This document shows, one piece after another, positions 9,332-18,131 of a DNA stretch of 61,392 nt. The DNA is from Poseidonia sp. (GTDB lineage Archaea > Thermoplasmatota > Poseidoniia > Poseidoniales > Poseidoniaceae), in assembly GCA_030741355.1 (NCBI GenBank), contig JASLVM010000003.1, forward strand, positions 1-61,392. Direction: 5' to 3'. Under the pieces are notes generated by a model. It did not search any database. It was given only the letters and a program-made list of their open reading frames with translations, and was not told the DNA's origin. Each line of letters starts with the position of its first letter. The first letter of the stretch is position 1. The position numbers were made by a program, and so were the translations under genes.

Positions 9332-10960
9332 TCAGGCCAATTCCGACCAATTGACTTCGGCTTCGACCATTTCAATTTCGTCAACATCCATCTGAGCCAA
9401 CTGGAGTTTGCCCGACAATTCGTCGTTCACAGCATGCCAGTAAGAGTAGGCTTCAATGACCCAAATGCCGGACTCCCGTGTTCCGTTTCCGGAGCCTTTG
9501 ACACCGCCGAACGGCAGGTGGGCTTCGGCTCCGGTGGTCGAGTTATTGATGCCGGTCATGCCCGCCTTGATGCCGGTCTTGTACCGGTAGGCTTCAAGTC
9601 GCTCGTTGGTGTAAATGGCCGAGGACAGCCCGTAGGGGCTGGCGTTGGCGAGGTGGAGCGCGTGGTCGAAATCCTTGGCCTTCACCACGGTGACGACCGG
9701 GCCGAAGATTTCCTCGTGGAAACATTCCATGTCCTCGGTCACATCCACGAACACGTGGGGCCACATGAACACGCCTTCGGACGCATCGCCCATGAAGTTC
9801 TCAGGAGCGCTGTCGGCGGTGATGGGGCCTTCGCCCCAAATTTGGGTGGCGCCACTGGCTTTGGCCATCTCAAGGCCTGCGAGGAAATCCTCGGCGTATT
9901 TCTCAGAGAGCATGGGTCCGTAGAGGACGTCTTTGTGAACAAGGGAATTTCCGATGCGAGTGGTTTTGACCTTCTCCATGAATTTCTCCATGAACTCGTC
10001 GTAAATGCTCTCGTGGATGATGAGGTTGCCGAGGCTGGTGCAGCGCTGACCTGCGGTGCCAAAGGCCCCCCAGTAGGCGCCTTCAACAGCGTTGTTCAAG
10101 TCGGCGGAAGGCATGACCACAAGTGGATTCTTCCCGCCCAATTCGAGCGAACATGAAACAAGGTTTCGTCCACAGACCTCGCCGATCATCTTGCCAACGC
10201 CGGTGGAACCCGTGAAGGAGATCTTGTTCACAAGCCCCTCGTCAACGGCGTCGACCAGGTACTGTCCTGCGCCGCTACCCTTGCCGTGAACGAGGTTGAT
10301 CACGCCGTCGGGAAGGCCGGCTTCGTGCATGATACGTGCCAGCGCAAAGGAAAGGAGCGGGGCGTCTTGGGGGCTCTTCCAAACGCAGGTGTTACCGCAC
10401 ATGATAGCGGGGATCATCTTCCAGAAGGGCACCGCTGAAGGGAAGTTACAGGCGTTGATGATGCCACATACGCCCAACGGTCGACGGTAGGTGAAGAGCT
10501 CCTTGTCTGGGAGTTCAGAGTTGACCGTTTGGCCGTAGAGTCGTCGACCTTCGGACTGGAAGAAGAGACAGGTGTCGATGGCTTCCTGAATTTCACCACC
10601 CGATTCTTTCAGGGTCTTGCCGATTTCACGGGTTTCCAAAGCCACGAGCGCGTCTTTGTGCTCCATCAACAAGCGTCCCATGTTGCCGATGATTTGGCCA
10701 CGGGTTGGCGCTGGTGTGGCGGCCCAAGCCGGGAACGCGGCGTGAGCGGCGTGGAGAGCTTCGTGAACATCGTCTCGGGTGGAGAGCGGGAATTCTCCCA
10801 AACAATCGGCGAGATGAGCGGGGTTCGTGGAACGGAAGGTGGCGTTGTCGCTCGAGGTTTTCAGTTGGCCGTTGATGATGTTGTAGCCGCGGACAGCGGG
10901 TTTACCCGTTGGGTTGTTGATTTCCATGTATTCCAAGCCGGTTTCCAGAACATGAGTCAT
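9332..10960 (-). CDS. NAD(P)-dependent aldehyde dehydrogenase family protein
   Basis: ALDH motifs FTGSTGVGK, ELGGKNP and catalytic FGTAGQRCTS over the 542-aa length. Substrate not assignable. Confidence 0.9.
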   Translation of the reverse strand: MTHVLETGLEYMEINNPTGKPAVRGYNIINGQLKTSSDNATFRSTNPAHLADCLGEFPLSTRDDVHEALHAAHAAFPAWAATPAPTRGQIIGNMGRLLMEHKDALVALETREIGKTLKESGGEIQEAIDTCLFFQSEGRRLYGQTVNSELPDKELFTYRRPLGVCGIINACNFPSAVPFWKMIPAIMCGNTCVWKSPQDAPLLSFALARIMHEAGLPDGVINLVHGKGSGAGQYLVDAVDEGLVNKISFTGSTGVGKMIGEVCGRNLVSCSLELGGKNPLVVMPSADLNNAVEGAYWGAFGTAGQRCTSLGNLIIHESIYDEFMEKFMEKVKTTRIGNSLVHKDVLYGPMLSEKYAEDFLAGLEMAKASGATQIWGEGPITADSAPENFMGDASEGVFMWPHVFVDVTEDMECFHEEIFGPVVTVVKAKDFDHALHLANASPYGLSSAIYTNERLEAYRYKTGIKAGMTGINNSTTGAEAHLPFGGVKGSGNGTRESGIWVIEAYSYWHAVNDELSGKLQLAQMDVDEIEMVEAEVNWSELA

Positions 10961-11106
10961 GGTTTTGCGAATCTAAGTCGTCTCTTGAATGTGATGGAAG
11001 CGGTTGTTGGATTTGTTCTCGCCGTTCAAGAACATGGTGGCTGGGGTTTATAGTGGCCCTGCTGTAGATACCCCTGCGAGCAGGTCAAAGGCCCGGTTGA
11101 ATTTCA

Positions 11107-11113
11107 TTATATA
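11107..11113 (+). promoter_or_regulatory. TATA box candidate for cdc48
   Basis: TTATATA lies 36-42 nt upstream of ATG 11149 in the divergent intergenic region. A GAGGGAG Shine-Dalgarno sequence sits just before the ATG. Confidence 0.45.
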
Positions 11114-11148
11114 CCGTAAAATGTTCATTGACAACGAGAGGGAGCACC

Positions 11149-13377
11149 ATGGCAGACAAAGACGACACCATCGAACTACGCGTATCCAAAGCCATCCCTT
11201 CCGACGTCGGTTTCGGTAGGGCGCGTATCTCCTCGGAAATGGGCCTCGACCTCAAACCCGGCGACTTCGTTGAAATCAGTGGCGAAGAACGTTCGACGGC
11301 CGCCATCTATTGGCGAAGTCGGCCGGAAGACGCCAAAATGGACATCATCCGAATGGACGGTATCATTCGGAAAAACGCCGGCGTCAGTCTGGGCGACCGG
11401 GTAACGGTTCGAAAAGTCAAGGCCGAAGAGTGCAAGAAATTGACCATCTCTCCGGTCATGGCCAACAAGCAGAAGGTCAAGTTCGGTCCGGGGATAGAAG
11501 GCTTTGCCAAGCGAGGCCTTGCCAAGCGCCCCGTGGTGGCCGGCGACCGAATTTTCATCCCAGGGATGACGCTTTTCGCTGAAGCGCTTCCCTTTGCCGT
11601 CGTGCAAACCGTGCCCAAAGGCATCGTGGTGGTCACGACCGACACGGAGATCGTCATCAAGGACGAAGCCGTTGCAGAGGAAGACGTCGGCCAGTCCGAA
11701 GGCATCACCTACGAAGACGTCGGTGGTATCGGCCAGCAACTCTTGAAGGTTCGAGAGATGATCGAGTTGCCACTCAAACATCCTGAACTGTTCCGCAGAC
11801 TTGGTATTGACCCCCCCAAAGGGGTCTTGCTCCACGGGCCACCCGGCACGGGTAAGACGATGATTGCGAAGGCGGTCGCTACCGAGGTCAACGCCCACTT
11901 CAAGAGCATCAACGGTCCTGAAATCATCTCAAAATACTACGGTGAATCCGAGAAGCAACTTCGTGAAATCTTTGACGAGGCTGCCGACAACGCACCAGCC
12001 ATTGTCTTCATCGATGAAATCGACTCCATCTGTCCGAAGCGTGAAGACGTCACGGGCGAGGTTGAGCGTCGCGTGGTCGCCCAGATGCTGACCCTGATGG
12101 ACGGGATGCAAGGACGAGACAACGTCGTCGTCATCGGCGCCACCAACCGACGGGATGCGCTCGACCCAGCGCTTCGTCGCCCTGGGCGTTTTGACCGTGA
12201 AATTGAGATCGGCGTGCCCGACCGAGAAGGCCGCAGTGAAATCATGGACGTGCACACACGCCAGATGCCCATCGCCGACGATTTCGATATCTCGTGGGTG
12301 CTCGACAACACCTACGGTTTCGTCGGTGCCGACCTCGCTGCTCTCGTCCGAGAAGCTGCTATGCGTGCCTTGAGGCGGTATCTTCCAGAAATTGACCTCG
12401 ATGAAGAAACCCTCCCGCCAGAGGTTTTGGAGAAGATGGAAGTCTGCATGGACGACTTCAAGGAAGCCATTCGCGACATTGAGCCTTCAGCCCTTCGTGA
12501 AATCTACGTTGAGGTCCCTGAGGTTGGTTGGTCCGAAGTGGGTGGTCTTCAGGAAGTCAAAGACCGTCTCAAGGAATCCGTTGAATGGCCACTGACCAAG
12601 CCGGAATTGTTCGAACACTTTGGCATCAAGCCTCCACGAGGCATCGTGCTCTTCGGTGCACCTGGTACCGGGAAAACCTTGCTTGCAAAAGCCATCGCCA
12701 ATGAAGCGCAAGCCAATTTCATCAGCATCAAAGGCCCCGAACTCATTTCAAAGTGGGTCGGCGAATCCGAGCGGGCCATCCGAGAGATTTTCAAGAAGGC
12801 CAAGCAATCCGCGCCGTCGATTATCTTCCTCGATGAATTCGAATCCATCGCCTCCATGCGGAGCGGCGGGAGCGCTTCGGAAGGCAGCGATGTCGGCAAT
12901 CGCGTGGTGAACCAATTGCTGGCCAGCATGGACGGCGTCGAGTCCTTGGACGGCGTCATCATCGTGGCGGCCACCAACCGACCTGAGATGATTGACCCGG
13001 CCTTGTTGCGAAGCGGTCGTTTCGAGCGAGTATTGCACGTTCCCCCGCCCGACACAGGTGCAAGGGAAGCGATTTTCAACATCCACAGCGAAGGCATGCC
13101 ATTGAGCAAATTCTCGTTCAAGGACATCTTGACGGGCATGGACGGGTTCACCGGTGCCGATATTGAGGCTGTCTGCCGAGAAGCGGCCCTTATCTGCATG
13201 CGTGCTGGAAAGAAGAAGGTCACCAAGGCCCACTTCCAAGAGGCGATTTCACGGGTCCGCCCTACGGTCACACCGGACATGCTGGAGTACTATCAGAAGA
13301 TGGAGACACGCCTGACTTCGGGGTTGACCAACATCAAGCGAAACCGAGACTTCAGCCGTGGCATGGAAACCATGTGA
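11149..13377 (+). CDS. cdc48: Cdc48/VCP-type AAA+ ATPase (two AAA domains)
   Basis: N-domain (ELRVSKA..GDFVEI) and two Walker A motifs (GPPGTGKT, GAPGTGKT) with Walker B motifs (IVFIDEID, IIFLDEFE). ORF 11128 trimmed to MADKDD (ATG 11149). Confidence 0.95.
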   Translation: MADKDDTIELRVSKAIPSDVGFGRARISSEMGLDLKPGDFVEISGEERSTAAIYWRSRPEDAKMDIIRMDGIIRKNAGVSLGDRVTVRKVKAEECKKLTISPVMANKQKVKFGPGIEGFAKRGLAKRPVVAGDRIFIPGMTLFAEALPFAVVQTVPKGIVVVTTDTEIVIKDEAVAEEDVGQSEGITYEDVGGIGQQLLKVREMIELPLKHPELFRRLGIDPPKGVLLHGPPGTGKTMIAKAVATEVNAHFKSINGPEIISKYYGESEKQLREIFDEAADNAPAIVFIDEIDSICPKREDVTGEVERRVVAQMLTLMDGMQGRDNVVVIGATNRRDALDPALRRPGRFDREIEIGVPDREGRSEIMDVHTRQMPIADDFDISWVLDNTYGFVGADLAALVREAAMRALRRYLPEIDLDEETLPPEVLEKMEVCMDDFKEAIRDIEPSALREIYVEVPEVGWSEVGGLQEVKDRLKESVEWPLTKPELFEHFGIKPPRGIVLFGAPGTGKTLLAKAIANEAQANFISIKGPELISKWVGESERAIREIFKKAKQSAPSIIFLDEFESIASMRSGGSASEGSDVGNRVVNQLLASMDGVESLDGVIIVAATNRPEMIDPALLRSGRFERVLHVPPPDTGAREAIFNIHSEGMPLSKFSFKDILTGMDGFTGADIEAVCREAALICMRAGKKKVTKAHFQEAISRVRPTVTPDMLEYYQKMETRLTSGLTNIKRNRDFSRGMETM

Positions 13378-13444
13378 GGCTGGCCAAGCCACCGACGCAT
13401 TGATGGGATTCCAGCCCTCCAAGCAGAGTAAGGAGTCGTACCCC

Positions 13445-13684
13445 ATGGCAATTTTCGGTCGAGAAATCCTCGGAAACACCGTGGTTGACCGAACCGGCGC
13501 TTCAATGGGCGTGTTAACCGATATGCACTTTGACCTCAACACTGGCCTCATCAGTGAACTTTTGGTGGAGGTCGAAGCCGGTTTGGATCCTGCTGTGCTC
13601 CCCTTTGACCACGTGGGGAGGACGGTCAAAATCCCGGGTACGGCCGTTGCTCGTATCGCTGAAAAAATACATCTCAACACTTGA
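13445..13684 (+). CDS. PRC-barrel domain protein (79 aa)
   Basis: ORF 13358..13684 trimmed to ATG 13445. REILGNTVVDRTGASMGVLTDMHFDLNTGLISELLVE...KIPGTAVARIAEKIHL follows the stand-alone archaeal PRC-barrel pattern. Confidence 0.75.
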   Translation: MAIFGREILGNTVVDRTGASMGVLTDMHFDLNTGLISELLVEVEAGLDPAVLPFDHVGRTVKIPGTAVARIAEKIHLNT

Positions 13685-13786
13685 TTCACCGTGAAACATG
13701 GATGAGCATTTTATCCACTGGAGTGGACAACCTTCTAAAGTCATCATGCGCCGTGGAAGAGTGGGAATCCTCTCCCAGTGATTCGT

Positions 13787-15400
13787 ATGTTGGGCCTCCC
13801 TGCCAATTTCAACGCTCGAAGGTTGGCCCTTCAAGCGTCGTTTTGGGCGGTTATGCTCATTCTGCTGATGACCATTCTTTTGAATTTCATCAACCTCAGC
13901 GCCACGAATCAGCTCTCGGCCTACGATGATGATTGGAACGACATGTCAGCCTTCCGCGAGGACATCAAAGCGATGGGCATTGAAACCCGGTCACTGGTGA
14001 GCAGCCCGTTGCTTCTCTCCGACATCGAAGATCCACGCAACACGACCTACGTTCTGGCCGGTGTTGAGCGAGATACCCTTTCGTTGCCTCAGTTTGACGA
14101 TGATGGCTTCATCACGATCGCTTCAGGAGCTGGATATTCACCGTCGGAAATCAACGCCATCGTTGAGTTCGTCGAGGCCGGTGGCACCGCCATGGTGTTC
14201 GAAGACTACGGCTACGCCAACACCATCGCCGAAGCCTTCGGCATCCGCTACACCGGCGAACAGGTGTTCGACACCACCTACGCCACAGAACTGGATTTCA
14301 ACTACATCTGGATGTGCATCCAAAACAACCCTTGCGGCATGAACGGGACTCAACTCGACCCCTCGACGTTGTCCACTCATCAACGCTGGGCCAAGGAGGG
14401 AGGGCCCGGAGAACATCCATGCTCGAAACTCAATGAGCAAAATTTCCTTCCAGGTGAAGCCCCGCTTTGTGAGCAACACATGATCAACGGACGGGTTGAC
14501 TACAACGGTACCTACCAACTCTTGCTCAACAACATCACTGGGTTGGAAGTCATTCCAGGTGTCCGTGGTCCGCTGTCCGAAGTTTCCGTTCGAGCCCTCA
14601 CCAGTAACGAGGCCACGGTTGACGTGAACGGCGATGGCGAGATTTGGGTGGGCAACGAAATCACGCCCGAAACTCCTGACCGATGGGGTCAATTCAACCT
14701 CAGCATTGAGGCCTGTGCGAGAGCCAGCTGTTCGCCGAGCGACGGGGGGCGCATCGTCTTCGTTGCTGACGGTTCTACGCTCATCAACGCCATGTACGAC
14801 TACGAGGGCTTCAATCAAGGAGAATACGGGCCAACCGATACCCTGATGCCCGCCAATGACAACCGGAAATGGGCCCTTGACTTCATCGCCGAGGCCCTGA
14901 TGAGCGAGCGCGTGGATGAACCGGGCGAACCGGCCGAGAATGCGATGGTCATTTTTGACGAATCCCGCCACCCCCAAAGTGCACTGGCTGCTGATTCGTA
15001 CAACACCGTCTACTTCCTTTTGGTTTACTTCACCGGTGAAGGTTTGGCCATGCTCCTGTTGTTCCTCATTCTCTTCATCACCTTCGAAGCCGTGCTCATC
15101 AAGAAGCGTGACCCCGAACCTTGGCGACACGTTTTCAGCATCATTTACTACGGATTTGGCGACGCCAATCGCTACGCCTACTATTCCAAAGTGGAAAAAA
15201 TTCGACAGGTCTTCCTGTCCAAGGTTCGCAACCAAAACGGGTTGAATCGTGAAGAATTCCAGGCGATGAAAGCCAACGAATTGGTGTCGATGATCAACGA
15301 CCCGGTTCTTGCCAAATTCGCCGTTGAATCCAGCAATAAATACACGCTTGAACAAACCGTAGCGCTGGTCAAACGGATCAAGGCGTGGGGGCGCCAGTGA
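13787..15400 (+). CDS. DUF4350-like membrane-anchored protein
   Basis: N-terminal TM, an extracytoplasmic domain with VEAGGTAMVFEDYGY and VIFDESRHP segments, and a C-terminal TM. Sits directly upstream of a DUF58 gene. Start is ambiguous (GTG 13778 or ATG 13787). Confidence 0.55.
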   Translation: MLGLPANFNARRLALQASFWAVMLILLMTILLNFINLSATNQLSAYDDDWNDMSAFREDIKAMGIETRSLVSSPLLLSDIEDPRNTTYVLAGVERDTLSLPQFDDDGFITIASGAGYSPSEINAIVEFVEAGGTAMVFEDYGYANTIAEAFGIRYTGEQVFDTTYATELDFNYIWMCIQNNPCGMNGTQLDPSTLSTHQRWAKEGGPGEHPCSKLNEQNFLPGEAPLCEQHMINGRVDYNGTYQLLLNNITGLEVIPGVRGPLSEVSVRALTSNEATVDVNGDGEIWVGNEITPETPDRWGQFNLSIEACARASCSPSDGGRIVFVADGSTLINAMYDYEGFNQGEYGPTDTLMPANDNRKWALDFIAEALMSERVDEPGEPAENAMVIFDESRHPQSALAADSYNTVYFLLVYFTGEGLAMLLLFLILFITFEAVLIKKRDPEPWRHVFSIIYYGFGDANRYAYYSKVEKIRQVFLSKVRNQNGLNREEFQAMKANELVSMINDPVLAKFAVESSNKYTLEQTVALVKRIKAWGRQ

Positions 15401-15409
15401 GGTGAGAAG

Positions 15410-16663
15410 ATGTGGACCCGTAAAGCAGCCTTCACCTTCACCGGCGGTATTGCGCTGGTCTTGATTGGGATGATGATTTCCAATCAGCAAATGATGATCC
15501 TCGGATTGAGCCTCATCGCGTTCATCGTGGTGAATTCCTGGATTTCAGGGCATGGCGACGTCGAAGTTCAACGCACCTTGTCCGCTGACAATCTCTACAA
15601 AGGCGACGACCTGTACGTCGAACTCTTGGTGACCAACCGCAGCAACCGCAAAACGCAGATGCTCGACATCTACGACAACATTCCTCACGAGATGAAATTG
15701 CGCAGCGGGTTGAACCAGATGCAACTGAACCTCAAGCCCGGAGAGAGCGCTCGCATCCGCTATGTCTTGCGGTGTCCGCTTCGTGGTCACTATTCCATCG
15801 GCCCGGTTTCTTTGCGAGCTCGCAACACCTTCAACCTCGGTGTTGAAGAGATGTACGTCGACCACCACAGCGACATCGTCATCTTCCCTCAAATCAAGGA
15901 CATCGAGGAGGCGTTCCTCCGAAGCCGAACACCGAAGATGTACACCGGCGCCACCACCCTTCGCACCCCAGGGCAAGGCTCTGAATTCTATTCGCTTCGA
16001 GAATACGTCCCCGGTGACCCGTTCAAGAACATCAACTGGAAGGCGTTTGCTCGGACCGGCGACCTGATGGTGAACGAGAAGTGTCGGGACGCCGTCACCG
16101 ACTTGTATCTCCTTCTGGACAGTCGAGATTTAGCCCGCATCGGTACCGTCCTCAAGAATCCGCTCGAGATGGGCACGGTGTCTGCAGCCAGTCTTGCCGC
16201 CTTCTTCCTCAAGCGCCGGGATTCGGTGGCTTTGGCCATTTACGACGAGAAACTCTCCTATCTTCCGCCCGATACCGGAGACAAGCAGTATTTCAAAATC
16301 CTCAGTGCGCTTGCCGGCGTTCGTCCTCAAGGAGCGATGCCGCTGCAAGCCGTCACCAACTCACTGAGCGGCCGATTTAGCCGAGGAAGCCCCGTGTTCA
16401 TCATTTCCTCTTGTGAGGGCGACGGTACGGTGCCAGCCGCCGTTCGAGATTTGGTTGGTCGGGGCCATGAGGTCACCGTTCTCTCTCCATCAAGCGTGGA
16501 TTTCGAACGCTTGGTCAGCCGAATCCCTCGTATGTCCTACGAGGTGCTGAAACTCGAGCGACAAAACCGGTTAACGACGTTGGCCGGTTCTGGGGCCCAA
16601 GTCATCGATTGGATGCCGGACATGGATTTGTCCCAGGCCTTGATGCAGGTAAGGGGGTACTGA
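15410..16663 (+). CDS. DUF58 domain-containing protein
   Basis: Hallmark segment GSEFYSLREYVPGDPFKNINWKAFARTGDLMVNE after two N-terminal TMs. GGTGAG Shine-Dalgarno sequence lies 3 nt before the ATG. Confidence 0.8.
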   Translation: MWTRKAAFTFTGGIALVLIGMMISNQQMMILGLSLIAFIVVNSWISGHGDVEVQRTLSADNLYKGDDLYVELLVTNRSNRKTQMLDIYDNIPHEMKLRSGLNQMQLNLKPGESARIRYVLRCPLRGHYSIGPVSLRARNTFNLGVEEMYVDHHSDIVIFPQIKDIEEAFLRSRTPKMYTGATTLRTPGQGSEFYSLREYVPGDPFKNINWKAFARTGDLMVNEKCRDAVTDLYLLLDSRDLARIGTVLKNPLEMGTVSAASLAAFFLKRRDSVALAIYDEKLSYLPPDTGDKQYFKILSALAGVRPQGAMPLQAVTNSLSGRFSRGSPVFIISSCEGDGTVPAAVRDLVGRGHEVTVLSPSSVDFERLVSRIPRMSYEVLKLERQNRLTTLAGSGAQVIDWMPDMDLSQALMQVRGY

Positions 16664-16664
16664 G

Positions 16665-17882
16665 ATGGCGGGTGAAGTGGGTCTCCAATCGGACGTCTAC
16701 CTCGACGGTGCAGCCAAGCCCCGCACCCTTCACCTGAAGAACCTCCGTCGCCAGTGGCAAATACTTGCTTTGCAGATCATCGCTACCGTGGCCTTGATTG
16801 GCATGTACCTCGAAGTTGTTTCAACCTACGTGGTCGGTTCCATTGACCACACCATTCTCTTCGATTCCATTGAACTGCTCATCTCTGACCAGTTGCCGCT
16901 GGGAGACTGGCTCACCGGCGAGGGTCGCAGCGGCATGGGTCGTTTCTTTGTGCCCCTCGTTTTGGGGCTGAGTCTCGGTGGAACGATGGCCATCATCGCC
17001 TTCCAATCGCCGAAGGTCCAACAACGCATTAAACTCGGATTTATCGTCGGTCTCATCGTTTTGCTCGTCGGTCGATTGGTGCTCTCATGGTTCGCAGGCA
17101 TGTTGTTTTCCTTTGACTTGCGCCTTCCAACCAATGCGGAATTGGAAACGTTGCAGTGGCCGTTGCTGATGATCATGTCCTTGCTGATTCTCTTCATCTA
17201 TCTCCTTCCCGTCATCATGGGGACGCGTGGTATTTGGGGGCTGTCTCGGCGTTCCATCGCTTGGGCCATCGGGTTCACCTTGTTGTTCCTCGGCATACAC
17301 GCCATCCTGACCTTCCCGCTCATCAAGTCGCAATTGGGCTCCTACGGTGGGGCATTGACCACACTGGAAAGTCAAACCTCGGACCCCACCATCGGTTTAT
17401 TCGGGCTGAAATTGGTGACCCAAGAGCAGTTCAATTTGATTCTCATCGCGGTGCTCATCATGGTGTTCCAAGAAGCGAGCTACGGCGTCATTCGCAACCT
17501 CGAGTACGCCTTCCGCCTCCCTGAATCGTGCAAGCGAGACCCGGAATATGTTCGCCAAATGGACAACGTTCTCAACACCCATCTCCGCCACACCTTCCTG
17601 TTCTTGGGTTTGACCGGTCTTGCCACCATGGTGGCCCTCGGGTTCCACAAGGTGTTGCTCACCATCGTATCGGATACCACCGGAAGTCAATGGGCAGGCC
17701 AAGTTTCAGAGTCCATTGAACTGACCCTCACATACGGCCTTGTGATCTCTGCTTTGCTCTTCTTGAGCATCATGGCGGTGCTCCGCTTCTTCATTCCATG
17801 GCAGCGGGTGATTGGTTTCATTCAATCTCGTACCAACAGCCTCCCGCCCGAGCCGGAGTCGAAGGATTTCACCCAACTATGA
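16665..17882 (+). CDS. hypothetical polytopic membrane protein (405 aa)
   Basis: The ATG is 1 nt after the DUF58 stop. About 9-10 hydrophobic helices and no recognised motif. Confidence 0.6.
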   Translation: MAGEVGLQSDVYLDGAAKPRTLHLKNLRRQWQILALQIIATVALIGMYLEVVSTYVVGSIDHTILFDSIELLISDQLPLGDWLTGEGRSGMGRFFVPLVLGLSLGGTMAIIAFQSPKVQQRIKLGFIVGLIVLLVGRLVLSWFAGMLFSFDLRLPTNAELETLQWPLLMIMSLLILFIYLLPVIMGTRGIWGLSRRSIAWAIGFTLLFLGIHAILTFPLIKSQLGSYGGALTTLESQTSDPTIGLFGLKLVTQEQFNLILIAVLIMVFQEASYGVIRNLEYAFRLPESCKRDPEYVRQMDNVLNTHLRHTFLFLGLTGLATMVALGFHKVLLTIVSDTTGSQWAGQVSESIELTLTYGLVISALLFLSIMAVLRFFIPWQRVIGFIQSRTNSLPPEPESKDFTQL

Positions 17883-18131
17883 CGCCCTCATCTGCTGCAA
17901 CAGGCGTCCAGCCAGTTCAACAGCGGCCAACAATGCAAGCGGATAAGCAATGTAAGCGACAAAGGGGCCGAGCAACTCATGGCCAACCGCTTCGTTCACA
18001 TCGGAACTGAAGAACACGAAGGCGAACACCGCTGCGAGGAGGAATAAGCGTTCAACCCAGAGAGGGTAGGGCTTTCCAAGGGCTTCTTCTCGACCCATGA
18101 TGGTGGTGGTCTCGCTCGACATGTTGATCAT
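17877..18131 (-). CDS. small two-TM membrane protein (84 aa)
   Basis: ATG 18131 overlaps the stop of the 1058-aa gene (TGATG). Two hydrophobic helices (LFLLAAVFAFVFF and FVAYIAYPLALLAAV). Confidence 0.55.
   Translation of the reverse strand: MINMSSETTTIMGREEALGKPYPLWVERLFLLAAVFAFVFFSSDVNEAVGHELLGPFVAYIAYPLALLAAVELAGRLLQQMRAS

Noticed and set aside
14138-15490. 450-aa minus-strand ORF
   Set aside because: It is antisense to the DUF4350-like gene and the DUF58 start, with no motifs and mirror-frame composition. The sense genes have Shine-Dalgarno sequences and coupled start/stop spacing.
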